Shown here: one piece after another, positions 22,922 to 34,600 of the stretch
Numbering within the stretch: the stretch's first letter is position 1
Layout of the letters: the number at the start of each line of letters is the position of its first letter
Source: Eledone cirrhosa
Taxonomy: Eukaryota
Direction of reading: 5' to 3'
DNA: 64,000 bases
Assembly: GCA_964016885.1 (NCBI GenBank)
Contig: OZ024740.1
Location: 238,948,001 to 239,012,000 of the forward strand
The notes under the pieces: model-generated
Database searches by the model: none
What the model was told of the DNA's origin: nothing
What the model saw: only the letters and a program-made list of their open reading frames with translations
Program-made: the position numbers and the translations under genes

Positions 22922-23708
22922 GATGTATGTATGTATGTATGTATGTATGTATGTATGTATGTATGTATGTATGTATGTATGTATGTATGTATGTATGTAT
23001 GTATGTATGTATGTATGTGTGTATGTATGTATGTATGTGTGTGTGTATGTAAGTACACATGTATGAATGCGTGCGTGCATGCGTGCGTATTTTGTAAAAT
23101 TCTGAGTTCAAATCCCGCCGAGGTTAACTTTGCCTTTCATCCTTACGGGGTCGATAAAATAAAGAACCAGTAATACACTGGGTAATTGCTGGCCTTGTGC
23201 CAAAAGTAGAAACAATTATATTAAATGATGGAATTCCAAAATATTAGCATCGGAAATTTATCTCTTCGCCCTTATTTAGTTTTTCAATGGTCTTCGGATA
23301 GGTTACACAATAACAAGAAAAATCAGTTGAAATCAATAAAAGCAAACCGTTTTTTAACAGACTTCGAAATAATCTGATAGATCATCCGAATAAAAAATTG
23401 AGGAGCAAAACAACAAAATATTGTAAATGTGGAAGACCTCTTAAAATGCTGGAATTTTTAGTAAAATGCATGATGAGAAAGTAAATGATGGACATACCGG
23501 TATAATCAGGTTGAGAAGCCTTATATATATATCTGCGTGTAATTCTTTAAAATTTACACAGACTCACATACACACAATGCAATCGTAGCTTCATCATGTT
23601 GCTGCAATAAGAAGTTCGCTTTCCTATCACAAGGTCCTAAACATTTTAATACTTAAGAAGTACCTATTGATTCCTATGTTATTGTATATGCTCAGAATCA
23701 GTCCTTCA

Positions 23709-23872
23709 CAGTGCCGGATTTACCATTGTGCTTAAGCACAGGGCCCCGTTAGCCGGGGGATGCGATGGTGGTGATCTTCCTGCCAACATTTCTTTTTATC
23801 TCTTTCAGGGCCTAAGTAAGTAGCCTCTAACTTAACTATCACAGGGCCTCATTTGTCCTAAATCCGGCACTG
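23709..23872. mobile_element. hAT-type MITE
   Basis: 14-bp TIR CAGTGCCGGATTTA/TAAATCCGGCACTG; 8-bp TSD GTCCTTCA/ATCCTTCA. Confidence 0.85.
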
Positions 23873-24187
23873 ATCCTTCATATAAATTCACCTCATCTCT
23901 CCAATCTTTGACGGCCTAATCTTTGATAAACTCAAATGCTTGGACACTCTCGAGAATCTTGTAATCAAGCTGCATTACCCAAACGATTTGTATTCATGAT
24001 TCGAAGTAATCATATTCTTTGTGGCCCGAAGTCTATTAAATGTTCGTCTCTGTCTCTTCCCTACTTTTTGTTCTTACATCCATACTTGCTCCCAACTGGT
24101 GGGTAACATCTATAACGAGAGGAAATTAGTTGAAGCGAGATGATTCTATGCTGATGGTGGTGTTGGTGATCTGAATTGAGCCTGATG

Positions 24188-26720
24188 TTTTATTTTATTT
24201 TTTTAAAAAACACTTTAGTTTTTATTGTGTTGTATCAGATGAAAGAATGGTATTTAACTAATGTATTGGTACGCGATGGGGTCCACACACAGCCCCGGCG
24301 GACAGAATGGAGAAGGCGTTTCCCCGGAGGACGACAAGGGGACGCGCTGGAAAAGCCACTCCAACTCGCGGGGCTTACACCTGCGGCTGGCCAGCTCAGC
24401 GCCTATGGTGGTGAGTAGGGAGGTAGCCCTGGGGCCGGGGACACCAGAAGTCTCCACTGCCAGGGGAACGACCGCAAACCTATCGGAGAGCGAGCGGTAT
24501 TTGAGGAGTTTGGCCCCCTCAGCCCGACATGCAGCAGAACCTGGGTCAGTCGCAGACTGCACCAGGTTGCGGCTGCAGAAAGTGTCGGTGCAAGTGGCAT
24601 CCCAGACGAGGGGTTTGTCACCGCGGAACGGGAAGATGGTCATGCCATCTGGCCTTTTGCCGTCCCCTCGATCCAGCCCCACCGGCTCGAGCTGGGAAGG
24701 GAAGCCTGCAGCGTCCAAGTCATGCTCAATGACCTCGTTGGGGCCAGCATGGCGTGGAATGCGGCCGGCACTGTGGCAACAGGAAGGCGGGTGTGAGGCC
24801 GAAAGATTCCACGGTGGAATCCCAGCGACATTGGTGTGGATGGCAGATCCGGAGGCCGAGCCTCAGGGAAACGCCGATTCGCAGGCTATGGTTGTCTAGC
24901 TGCGTGCCAGTGGAGAAGGGGGGGGGGCAGGGCATGGAGCCAGGAACCACTGTGGGGTTTGGAGGCCGCACGAAAACAAGCAAGGCGGTGCTGGTCGAGC
25001 TGGCGCGTGAGCCTGTCTGAGGCCAGGCCGCACTGGATGGCATCCCAAGTGCGTTGGGGGGACTTGACGTCAACAGGGGGAGAAGGAGGAGGGACGTCTA
25101 CTGGGCTAAGTCCCAGCCGGTCCCACGTCTCACGTTCTTTGAACACAGAGGGTTCTGTTGTGTTTTGAAGAACCCTGCTGATGAAAGCTAGTGAGATCGG
25201 GGACCGGAGGCCAAGGCCGCCATACCTGACCGGTAAAGTGGCCTGTTGCCACCCTATGTCGTCAAACTTGACGTTGCATATCCCCTCGGCTGCTGCTCGG
25301 ATACGAGTATCGAGGTCAGCGAGGAGAGATGTCTGGGTGTAGCATGGAGCGCTGCGGAGTTTATAAAGGAGCTTCGGCATGGCGAAGCAGTTCCTCAGCA
25401 GAAAGAGAGCTGGGTCAATCAAGCCCAGTCGGCTCGTGAGAATCTGGAGCTGTTGAAGCCAGGACCTGATGGTGGAGCGGATGGCCGGCGGGTGGATCGG
25501 TGACCCGAGGATGAGGAGATCCTCTTTGGGGGTTGCCTGAACCTGGCGGGGAATGGCCCGCACGTCCAAGACGGAGGCTGCAAAGCTCGCAGCATCGAGG
25601 CTGACGTTCACCACCTCCGACTTGGCCGAGTTCACCTGGAGGCCGATTCCCGCCAGGGAAGGAATCACCGATTGAAGGTCTTGGCAGACCGTCCGTACGG
25701 GCCCGCCCAACGTAGCATCATCCAGATACCAAACGTTGAGAGGGGCCGTGATACTCCGGGCGATGTGGTCAATACCAAGGGCGAACAGGAGGGGTCCCAA
25801 AGGATCGCCCTGTTGGACCCCAGCAACCGAGGGTATGACCGTATCAGCAGCTAGGAGCATGCTCGGGGCTCCATATGACAGATAGGCCAGCGGGTAGGCA
25901 GAGGGGGCTTGGCTGAGGCAGCCTCGAGCAGATGATCCCGGCGTAAAGAGTTAAAGGCATTCCTCATGTCAAGCTTGACAATGAGGTGCCTGGACTCCCT
26001 GGATGACAGTTCCGATGGGCAGCTGCTGAATAACTGCCCGATTGCATGAGCGGCTCCCTCACAGCCACCGGACACGCTGACACCCAGTTGCACCGGACTA
26101 AACTCCTCACCCAGTTCGTGTGTGACGGACTTGCAGATCATCTTGGCAGCCAGCCTCCGGAAGACATTGCTCACAGCAATGGGGCGTATGCCATCCTCTT
26201 TCTTCCTGAGAGCGGTGAGGCTGGCCGGAAAAAAGAGGCCTCGGGCGTAAGGGTCGAGGGCACCATGAATGAGCCTATTGGTGAGTGCCACAATTGCACT
26301 CAGAAGGCGGCGCCCGGCCTCAGCGGAGAGGGGGGATGTCAACTCCTTGAAGTGGCCTGGTCGGAGACCATCAACACCTACGCAGCTGCTAGCTGGAAAG
26401 GACCTGATGGCGGACATGATATCTGCATCAGTAGCCACAAGGAGCAGGTGGGGGTCGGGTGGGGGTATGGGTCTGAGATCAGTGGGTGGCTCAGGGTGTT
26501 TGAGCCGCAGAGCAGCCAAGACCTCCTCGGTGGGTTGGAGGACAGTGTCCTCTGAGGCAACAACTCTGACTGCGGCCGAGACATCACCCATGATAAGCTT
26601 TGCGTTTACCTGGTCACGCAAACGGTTGGCGCTGGCCTCGGGGGTGGAGGATAGGGGGGTACCTGAAGGTGGGGTGTGTGGCGTCCCTGGGCACGCTTGG
26701 AATGGGCGCTCGCCCAAATG
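24188..26720 (-). mobile_element. CRE-clade RLE non-LTR retrotransposon, 5'-truncated and frameshifted
   Basis: GIRPIAV, QLGV..GGCE, KLDMRNAFNS, GVQQGDPLGPLLF, WYLDD, LPVRYGGLG, GSWLHALP, DGKRPDG..LVWDAT, PLAVET; GC-rich; A-rich 3' end. Confidence 0.9.
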
Positions 26721-27714
26721 ACGAGATATTGGCCTTGACGAAAGCTGCTGTTTAAAATAATCCTTGTTGCCTCGCTCTCGTACATTATCAGAAACTGCAT
26801 TCGCATGTTGTCCGTAAAATCAGGGTAACAATGTAGTAAAATGTAATCTAGCGAAATGGGATGTTGCGAAGTTGAAAGTAGTGAAGTAATGTAGCAAAGT
26901 TGACAGTACGTTGTGTAGATGTAGCGATGGAAGGAACTGGCTTGTAATTATTGTTCATTTGAGCGTGGTAGAGGTTGTAGTAGTAAAATTGTTGGCTTGC
27001 TGGGTGATTATGAAGAAGGTAAAATTTGTTCCATATATTAGCACTGTGTGAAAAGCCGATGAATGAACAAACAAACAAACATGATTGCTATTAAAATATA
27101 TTTATTAAGTTAATAGCCTGCTACAAGGCTATCGTGGACAATCTAACGAAACAAAGGCTTAAGTTGTTGTGATATGTGTGCAATGATTTAAAGTATGGTA
27201 TTTACCGTTTTAGTAATGAGATGATAGTCGTTTGTCTGAGAGTGAGAGAGACCGAGAGAGAGAGGCTCACAGGTCTCTGTGATATAGTGGCTACATCTTA
27301 AAAGGTTGAAACAATTTCCGTAACTACCTGTGTTGACTCTGATATCTGTTATTTATCAGAATCGCTCATTCTGTCTCCGGAACTTGAAAATAGACAGATG
27401 CTGATTTTAATGTCAAAATCGTTGACACTGTGACGCATGAAAAACGATTACAATAGAAACTTATCTATGAAGGCCACACAAGGTCAAGTTTTTGGTGGCC
27501 GCCTGTTAGAACGAATGCAACCTATTGAAGAGAGTATCAAATTACTGCTACACATCATCACACCAACATAGTCTAGCTCCGACAGGGAGATGGATGAATC
27601 TTTACTACAATGGTGGGAGTTTGTCAGTTCCTGTTACGGAAGAAAATAGATTAAAGTAGAGAGTTTGGGATAATTTACGTTCGAGAGACACTTTCAACTC
27701 TCTTTGATCAATCA

Positions 27715-28027
27715 AGGAGCAGATTACTTTCCACGAGTGCAAAATTCTCGGGGGACTGGGTTGATGCTCTGCCCGTAGCCAACATTAGTGGCCTACTCAA
27801 TCTGGATTAGCTCCGCATGTCCATTGCACACAGAGTTGTAGCCGATGCTTGTGTGAGACTGAAATATCGTTGTGGTAGGTCATTTGACCCCACAGGTCTT
27901 CATGGATTGTTTTACTGACTGAATGCAGGTCGCTTCGCTCGCCACACCGAGCTGAAACTAATTATCAAGTGGGTCCTGGCTCAAGTCAATACCCACTCAA
28001 TACTGGAGCCAGCTGGATTGTTTAGAG
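27715..28027 (+). mobile_element. Fragment of a second, divergent CRE-clade element
   Basis: Translates GDWVDALP..RCG..D.TGLHGL..GRFARH..IIK..LEPAGL, the zinc-knuckle/RLE region of CRE-type ORFs. Confidence 0.65.
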
Positions 28028-28534
28028 AATTACTAATTCAGAAGTCTGACATATTTAAACTTCAATGATTTCAAAATAGTTGAGGTAGGAGCCCCGCGAG
28101 GTGGGGTGGCTGTTGCAGCGGGTGTCACTGGCCATTGTCCGCGGGGCGCAGCCGAAACACCGATCTGTCCTAGGTATAGAGTCTGTCACCTCCCTCCTTT
28201 CTTTCTTCCGTTGCCTAATAGTCCTTGCTCTTTCCTCTCATTTATGGCATTTATAGTAATTTCCAAACCTGCTTTCTTTTTCTGTTTGACTAAATATTAA
28301 ATTCTTAAAACAAAATATTCAATGGAATCTTTTCTAGAACCGCGGAGAGAGGGAGAGACAAATATATAAGGAGATAGAGAGGAAGAAAGATAGTGCGTGA
28401 AATAAAGAACAGAAAAAGAGAGGTACAGAGACATATATAGAGATAAAGTGAGTGAGAAGGGAAGGCGTAAAGGTAAAAGTTATCTCCCTTTATTTGATAT
28501 CCGCTTAGAGGGCGATATCAACATCCGTTATTTC

Positions 28535-28540
28535 CACGTG
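28535..28540 (+). promoter_or_regulatory. E-box (CACGTG) just upstream of the TSR1 ATG
   Basis: CACGTG 12 nt before the ATG; further copies at 28857-28862 and 29128-29133. Confidence 0.5.
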
Positions 28541-28551
28541 CTGTCACCAAG

Positions 28552-28660
28552 ATGGTGTCTCAACAAGAAGATCATCGACCTACCTCTTTCAAGCAACAAA
28601 ACAAGCTACATAAACGTGGAAAGCACAGAGGGAAGCGGGAACTGGATCGCATGTCCCAGG
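28552..28660 (+). CDS. TSR1: TSR1 exon 1
   Basis: [36 protein letters not shown]; GT donor at 28661. Confidence 0.88.
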
Positions 28661-31600
28661 GTGTGTATATATGGCAATTTTATAGTTGATTTCTTGATGT
28701 ATTTAACCTGTGCAACTAGCGCATGTATTATGGTTCTGGCGGATATTGTCTCTCACGTATACACAGTCTCCCTCGCACTTTCTTTCTCTTATATACAAAA
28801 TCTCTTCCGTACACAATCTTACTCATAAACATTGTCGCTCCCCACACAATCACTCACACGTGCACATTGCCTCTGACACACACATACTGTCTCTTACAAA
28901 GCACCACTAGTTTCCTCGGACTCTATTTTGTTTACTGTTATAAACCGTTTCACCGTTTTCGAGTACTGTTACTCGTTACTTTACCTCTACACCCGATCTA
29001 TGAGAAATAGCAGTCAAATCTCCTTAAAATCAAATCCAACCGCTTTAAAAAAGGATTCATTGGGCAAAGTAAAATTGATTGCTAATCACGGAAAAACTAT
29101 TGACCACAGGCCAACTCGATCTGAGGTCACGTGGTGCTAAACGACAACTTCTATAATAGTTTTATTCATAATGAAAATATCAAGTTCGATTTACCTGATT
29201 CATTTCGTATGCTCACACACACAGATCAACGAGTGTACCCTAACTTAAACACCAACCCTAACTTGTATATACCCAATAAATTCGGTGAATCGGATCAGAT
29301 TTTTTCATTTTCTTCAAAAGAGATCTATTGTTATTGATACCTGAATATTAAATCGACTCCAGTAATTGACTTGTATTTTGTTCTATCGACTGTAGCTCGA
29401 CGAGGCTTGAACTCAGAATGTAAATGACTAACTACCTCATGTATTTCGGCGCTCAAAAGCCATTGTGCCAGTGGTAGTTACCATTCCATGACGTAATAAA
29501 GAAAATCATTGTTCAAGCCATGTTATATTGCCATAGTGTTAACAGTAGAAAAATATCACATGATCCATATGACAGCTGCAATGTGTCCGAACACGGAAGA
29601 GTTGAACGCCCACTGTCATCGCCTCCATCTTTCTGTAATGTGAGCAAATGGAGTCCCACGTGCTGACCGCCCCACAACCCCTTTGGACAGAATGGAGAAG
29701 GCGTTTCCAATCAGGATGGTAAGGGAAATGAGCTGGAAGAGCCATTCCATCTCGCGGGGCTCACACCTGTGGCTGGCCAGCTCAGCGCCTATGGTGATGA
29801 GTAGGAAGGTAGCCCTAGGGCCAAAGACACCAAAAGTCTCCACTGCCAAGGGCATGACCGCAAACCTGGCGGAGAGCGACTGGTACTTGGAGAGTTTGCC
29901 CTCCTCAGCCCGAAGTGCAGCAGAACCTAGGTTAGTCGCAGACTGCACCAGGTTGTGGATGGAGAAAGTGTCACTGTAAGTGGCATCCCAGACGAGAGGT
30001 TTGCCACCACGGAACGGGAAGTTGGTCATACCATCTGGCCTTTTGCTGTCCCCTTGGTCCAGCCCCACCAGCTTGAGCTGGGAGGGGAAGCCTGCAGCAT
30101 CCAGCTGAGCATTGAAGTGCTTTGGGGATTTCAACAATACACTTTTTTGTTTTGGAAAATGTGTTTACTGTGAGGTTATTAGATATTGTACCTCTTTATG
30201 TGTAAGATATATAGGTTGAGTTGGTTATTGTTTATAGAAAGATGGAGGTGTTGTGATGTAAAACATTTTAGCATTGGTATTGTAGAATGAGATTAAGCTG
30301 ATACGTAATGATTGAGGTGTGTACAAGTCTGGTAGGAGGTTTTTGAATTTACAACGGAAAAATACCCATGTAAAAATGTGGAGTTTGTCATCAATGTATG
30401 AGTGAGTATAGTTGCGATTGTGTAACTCCAGGTTAGCCTTAATTAAGCAGACCTTTAGTAAAAAGTAATAGTAAGTAGATTACTGGAGTATAGAAGGAAG
30501 TGTATTGTAGAGGTAACAGCCATACATACCTGAGTTTTATTCTCACATTTATTTTGAGCTGTTAAAAAGGATAAAACATTTTGTTATTCTGAAAACTTTA
30601 TATTTTTTCAGGACGGGTCAGTATCAAATCTCTTTCAAGACGGCATAAAGTAGAAATACATAGGGCTGAACGAAGGAAAAAGGTAAGTTTAATCACTAAG
30701 GATAGTCGTTAACCCTTTTGTTGCTATATTTCTAATGTGTTTTAATTAAGTTCTAAAATAATCTTGAATTTTGACTGCTTTTGTAAAACTATATAATTTT
30801 TTTTATTTATGGTTTTTTATTTATAAAAGGTTCTGGCATAAATCTATAGTGGAATTTTTGTCTCAAACCTTCTCTACTTTACACCCAAATTCAGAGATAT
30901 GTAAAGCTATTAAAATTTAGTTTAAACATAATCATACACAATGAATTATTAACAAATATTCAACTATAACGTATAGCAGAATTGTAATATAGAAAAATTG
31001 TGCACATTATTGGATTTTCAATTGAACTTGAGTACATATGAAACAGATGCATCATAAAGGTAAAATAGTATGGAATTTTGAATTTATCAAAATGTTTGAA
31101 AAGTACAAAAGGAAATAATTTCAAACATACACAGACTGTAATGACAAAGAAATTCACTAATATAATTAAACAGTATATATATCATTCATTTTACTGGCAT
31201 TCATTCACTCATTCATTCATTTTACATGTAGATATGATTAAAAGAAGGTAAATTTGAAAATATACTAAATTATATAAAATTAAGGAGGGTCTTTTAGTTA
31301 TGTCAAGGCCATGACACTCTCCCTAGTACTGGTGATCTACACAATACTCAGTACATGCTTTAAAGTGGTTGGTATTAGGAAGGGCTGTGGAAAACTTGCC
31401 AAATAAGGGGTTAGGAGGATCCTTCAGTTTGTGTCAAAAGACATGACAACTTCTCTGCACTTGATAATGACTATGTAAGTGGGGTACAGACCTCAGTGGT
31501 CCCCACTACAGTACTTACTCGGTCTATGTAGATCCATTCAACTCTTGTTAGTAGGGAAAGCAGATGTTAAATGATGATGATATGAAGAAAGCTTGCTTTT

Positions 31601-34600
31601 TTGATATCCAATGGCCACCCTTTTATATTTGCAATCAGTGTAGTACAAGTATATATGTTGTCACAGCTTCTATGTTTGGTTATGGTATGGAAGAGATAAT
31701 TACCTGACCACATTGGATCTTAGATCATGCTGACTGGCACCACTGTCTTCTTTGCATGAAAAATGAAAGCCATAGCAGTACTCAGTATTTGCTTCTTTAA
31801 TACCCCATTTTGGTAGTTTGCTTTGTGTATACATTTCTGCAGGCCTTTATACATCACCATCCCTTTGTCAATGGACAGTCTTTTTCCTTGGTATCATCAT
31901 CATCATCATCATCATCATCATTTTACGTCCGCTTTTCCCTGCTTGCAATGGTGTGACGGGAACTGATTCTGGCTTGATTTCTACTGCTGGATGCCCTTCC
32001 TAACACCAACCTCATTTACAGTGAGTGCTGGGTGGTTTTTTGGCCCCTCACTTTGCAGTGGAATGATATGGACCCCAGTCCCTATCATCTCATTTCTACA
32101 GCTGAGTAAACTGGAGCAATGTGAAATAAAGTGTCTTGCTCAAGGAAACAACACATCACCCGGTCTGAGAATTGAACTCACAACCTTTCGATTGCAAGGC
32201 CAATGCTCTAACCACTAAGCCATGTGCCTCCAGTATATAAAAAAATTAAGGTATCCTTTGTGTAGTGTGTAGGAGGAGGTCATAATGTTCTTCATACGAG
32301 TGTATTGTTGTTGTCTCACATGCAAATACTGACACAACTTTAAAACTGCATTCTGATTATGGCATTAAAAACATAGATCACTAAAGGATTTATCTGTGCT
32401 GCAGCAGTTGGTAATCATGGGTATCTTCCTATTGCTCAGCATTATATTTACTGCAAAAAATGCCTGAATTTAATTCAGGCATGTACAAGACCATAATCTG
32501 TTTTCCTTTTCCCTTTGTTTCTGCTCTGTGTGACTTTACAAGTGTCGAAAGTTTCAGAAGAGATAATGATATGAACAAAATATCTGGATAACATGAATTT
32601 CATGTTATAAACTGTTGCACAATATACAAGTGTTTATCTAGTGAAATCACTTGTTCTGACTAACATAGTGCTGAGAATTGCATTGGTATCATCATGCTAG
32701 CAGAGAAAATGAATGTTAAATGATGATGATGATGATTCAACCCTTTAGCATTTAAGCCAGCCGTATCCGGCCAGAATTCTCTCACCTCTTTCTGTTCAAA
32801 CCGGCTGCTCATACTTATGTTAAGGTATTGTTCTCAAAATAAATAATATCAAAATCTCATAGATTCGATATTATGTGAGATAATTATGTGAAATAAAGTG
32901 TTTACCATGAAAATATAATAGTAAATATAGAGTAATGTAAATTGATAAGAATTGGGCATTAGGAAGTGCACCCAGCTGTAGAAACCATGCCAAAGTATAG
33001 AATGCATGAGCAAGACATTATTATCCAGTCATGTCTTATCATCTTGGACTGTGATGACCCATCCAACCCATACCAGATTAAAAACTGATATGAAATGATT
33101 TTTGCATGCTATTAAATTAAGTAAGCCCTTAAAGCAAACATTTTACTTATCACTGTTTTACGTTTTTATTCTTTATTTGAATCTGAAAATAATTCCAACT
33201 TGTTATATATTTTTTATAAAGGCTTTCCATACTCGTAAAAATAAACGAGAAGAAGTTTTAGCTAAAAAACGTTGCCGTGGTGGCGCTGATAGCACTCCAC
33301 ATTTTGTGGTGAGTTTTTATTTTTATTTATTGTATCCCAGCTTTTAGTATAAGTATATTGTAACCCTGCTTGTCCTAAGATGCAACTAAAAATGTTGGCA
33401 TTAGGAGGGAGCACTCGGCTGTAAAACACTGCTTCGAAAGGTCTTGTCCATCCTATGCCAGCATAGAAAAGTACACATAGAATTATGATGATATATCGCA
33501 TATCACAATCTTAACAGTTTTGTAGTTACTAATAGTTGTGCTATGTAATAGCTAAGTTGGTCTAATACTAAAGAGTTTTGCTGGCACTAATATTACTTTG
33601 CAAAGAAACAATAAAGACTATTGTTGCCTGCTAGATGACAGTTGAGCTGTACATAAGATTACTTACTGTAAATTACAGATTTTTTTTCATTTCTTTATAC
33701 TTGAGAAATATTTAATAATTCTCAGGGCCATGCTTAACATTTAGTCAAAATTTAAAAGTATGTAAAGTGGTTTGTGATAGGAAACCATGCCAAAAACGAG
33801 AATGTATGTGAAACAGTTTTTGGCCCATCTGGAAGGATGGTAGCTCTGATTAAGTACTGACTTGCTCTGTGACGACCTATCCAACCCATACCAGCCTGGA
33901 AGAACATGTTAATTATGATAATGCTACTCCTGATATTTCCATTAATGTATATTAGATTTGAAAATGTTTCACACTATTTTGTAGGTTTACTTAAAATATT
34001 GGTGAAAACAAAGATTTGGCACCTTATTTTTACATTATAGAATAAAGATTAAAAAATATTAAATGAACTTAATGTATATGTTGGACCTCCATTGGTTCTG
34101 ACGATGAGTGTTCTAGCTGTTTGATCAGTGGGGCAACTGGCTCCTGAAATTAACGTGTAAGTGACTGAGCATCCCACAGACATTCCACTTTATATAGTTC
34201 TCAAGGAGATTCAGCATGATGCTGTGACAAAGCTGGCTTCTTGAATTACAGGTACAACTCATTTTTGCCAGATGAGTGAACTGGAGCAACATTGAAATAA
34301 ATGTCTTGTTCAGGGACACAACACACCACTGGAAATTGAACTATTGAGCTGATGGTTGTGAGTCGAACACCTTAACCACTAACATAGTGTACATACACTT
34401 GTCCAAACAAAAATGGATGTAAACTGGCATCTCTGTACAAAGTTTGCATGGTTCTCACAAACTATTCATCTAGATATATTTTTCTTAGCGAGCATTAGAG
34501 TAGAGTGTATTACTCTGTCAGAGGCCTTCCCCAGTTCAGTAGAATGAACGCTTGGTATAGTAGCTGGCTCTTGGATAAGAACTTATCCTGTAGTTGCCTC

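Noticed and set aside
24261-26721. Long plus-strand ORFs over the CRE element and antisense ORFs over the other LINEs
   Set aside because: Shadow frames of GC-rich retroelement coding sequence with no recognisable motifs.
28085-28110. HDV-like P3/L3 (CCCC-ACCTCGC-GGGG) on the minus strand
   Set aside because: No matching P1, P1.1 or P2 partners.
29236-29265. Telomere-like CCCTAA motifs (also near 13122)
   Set aside because: Only one or two scattered units, no array.
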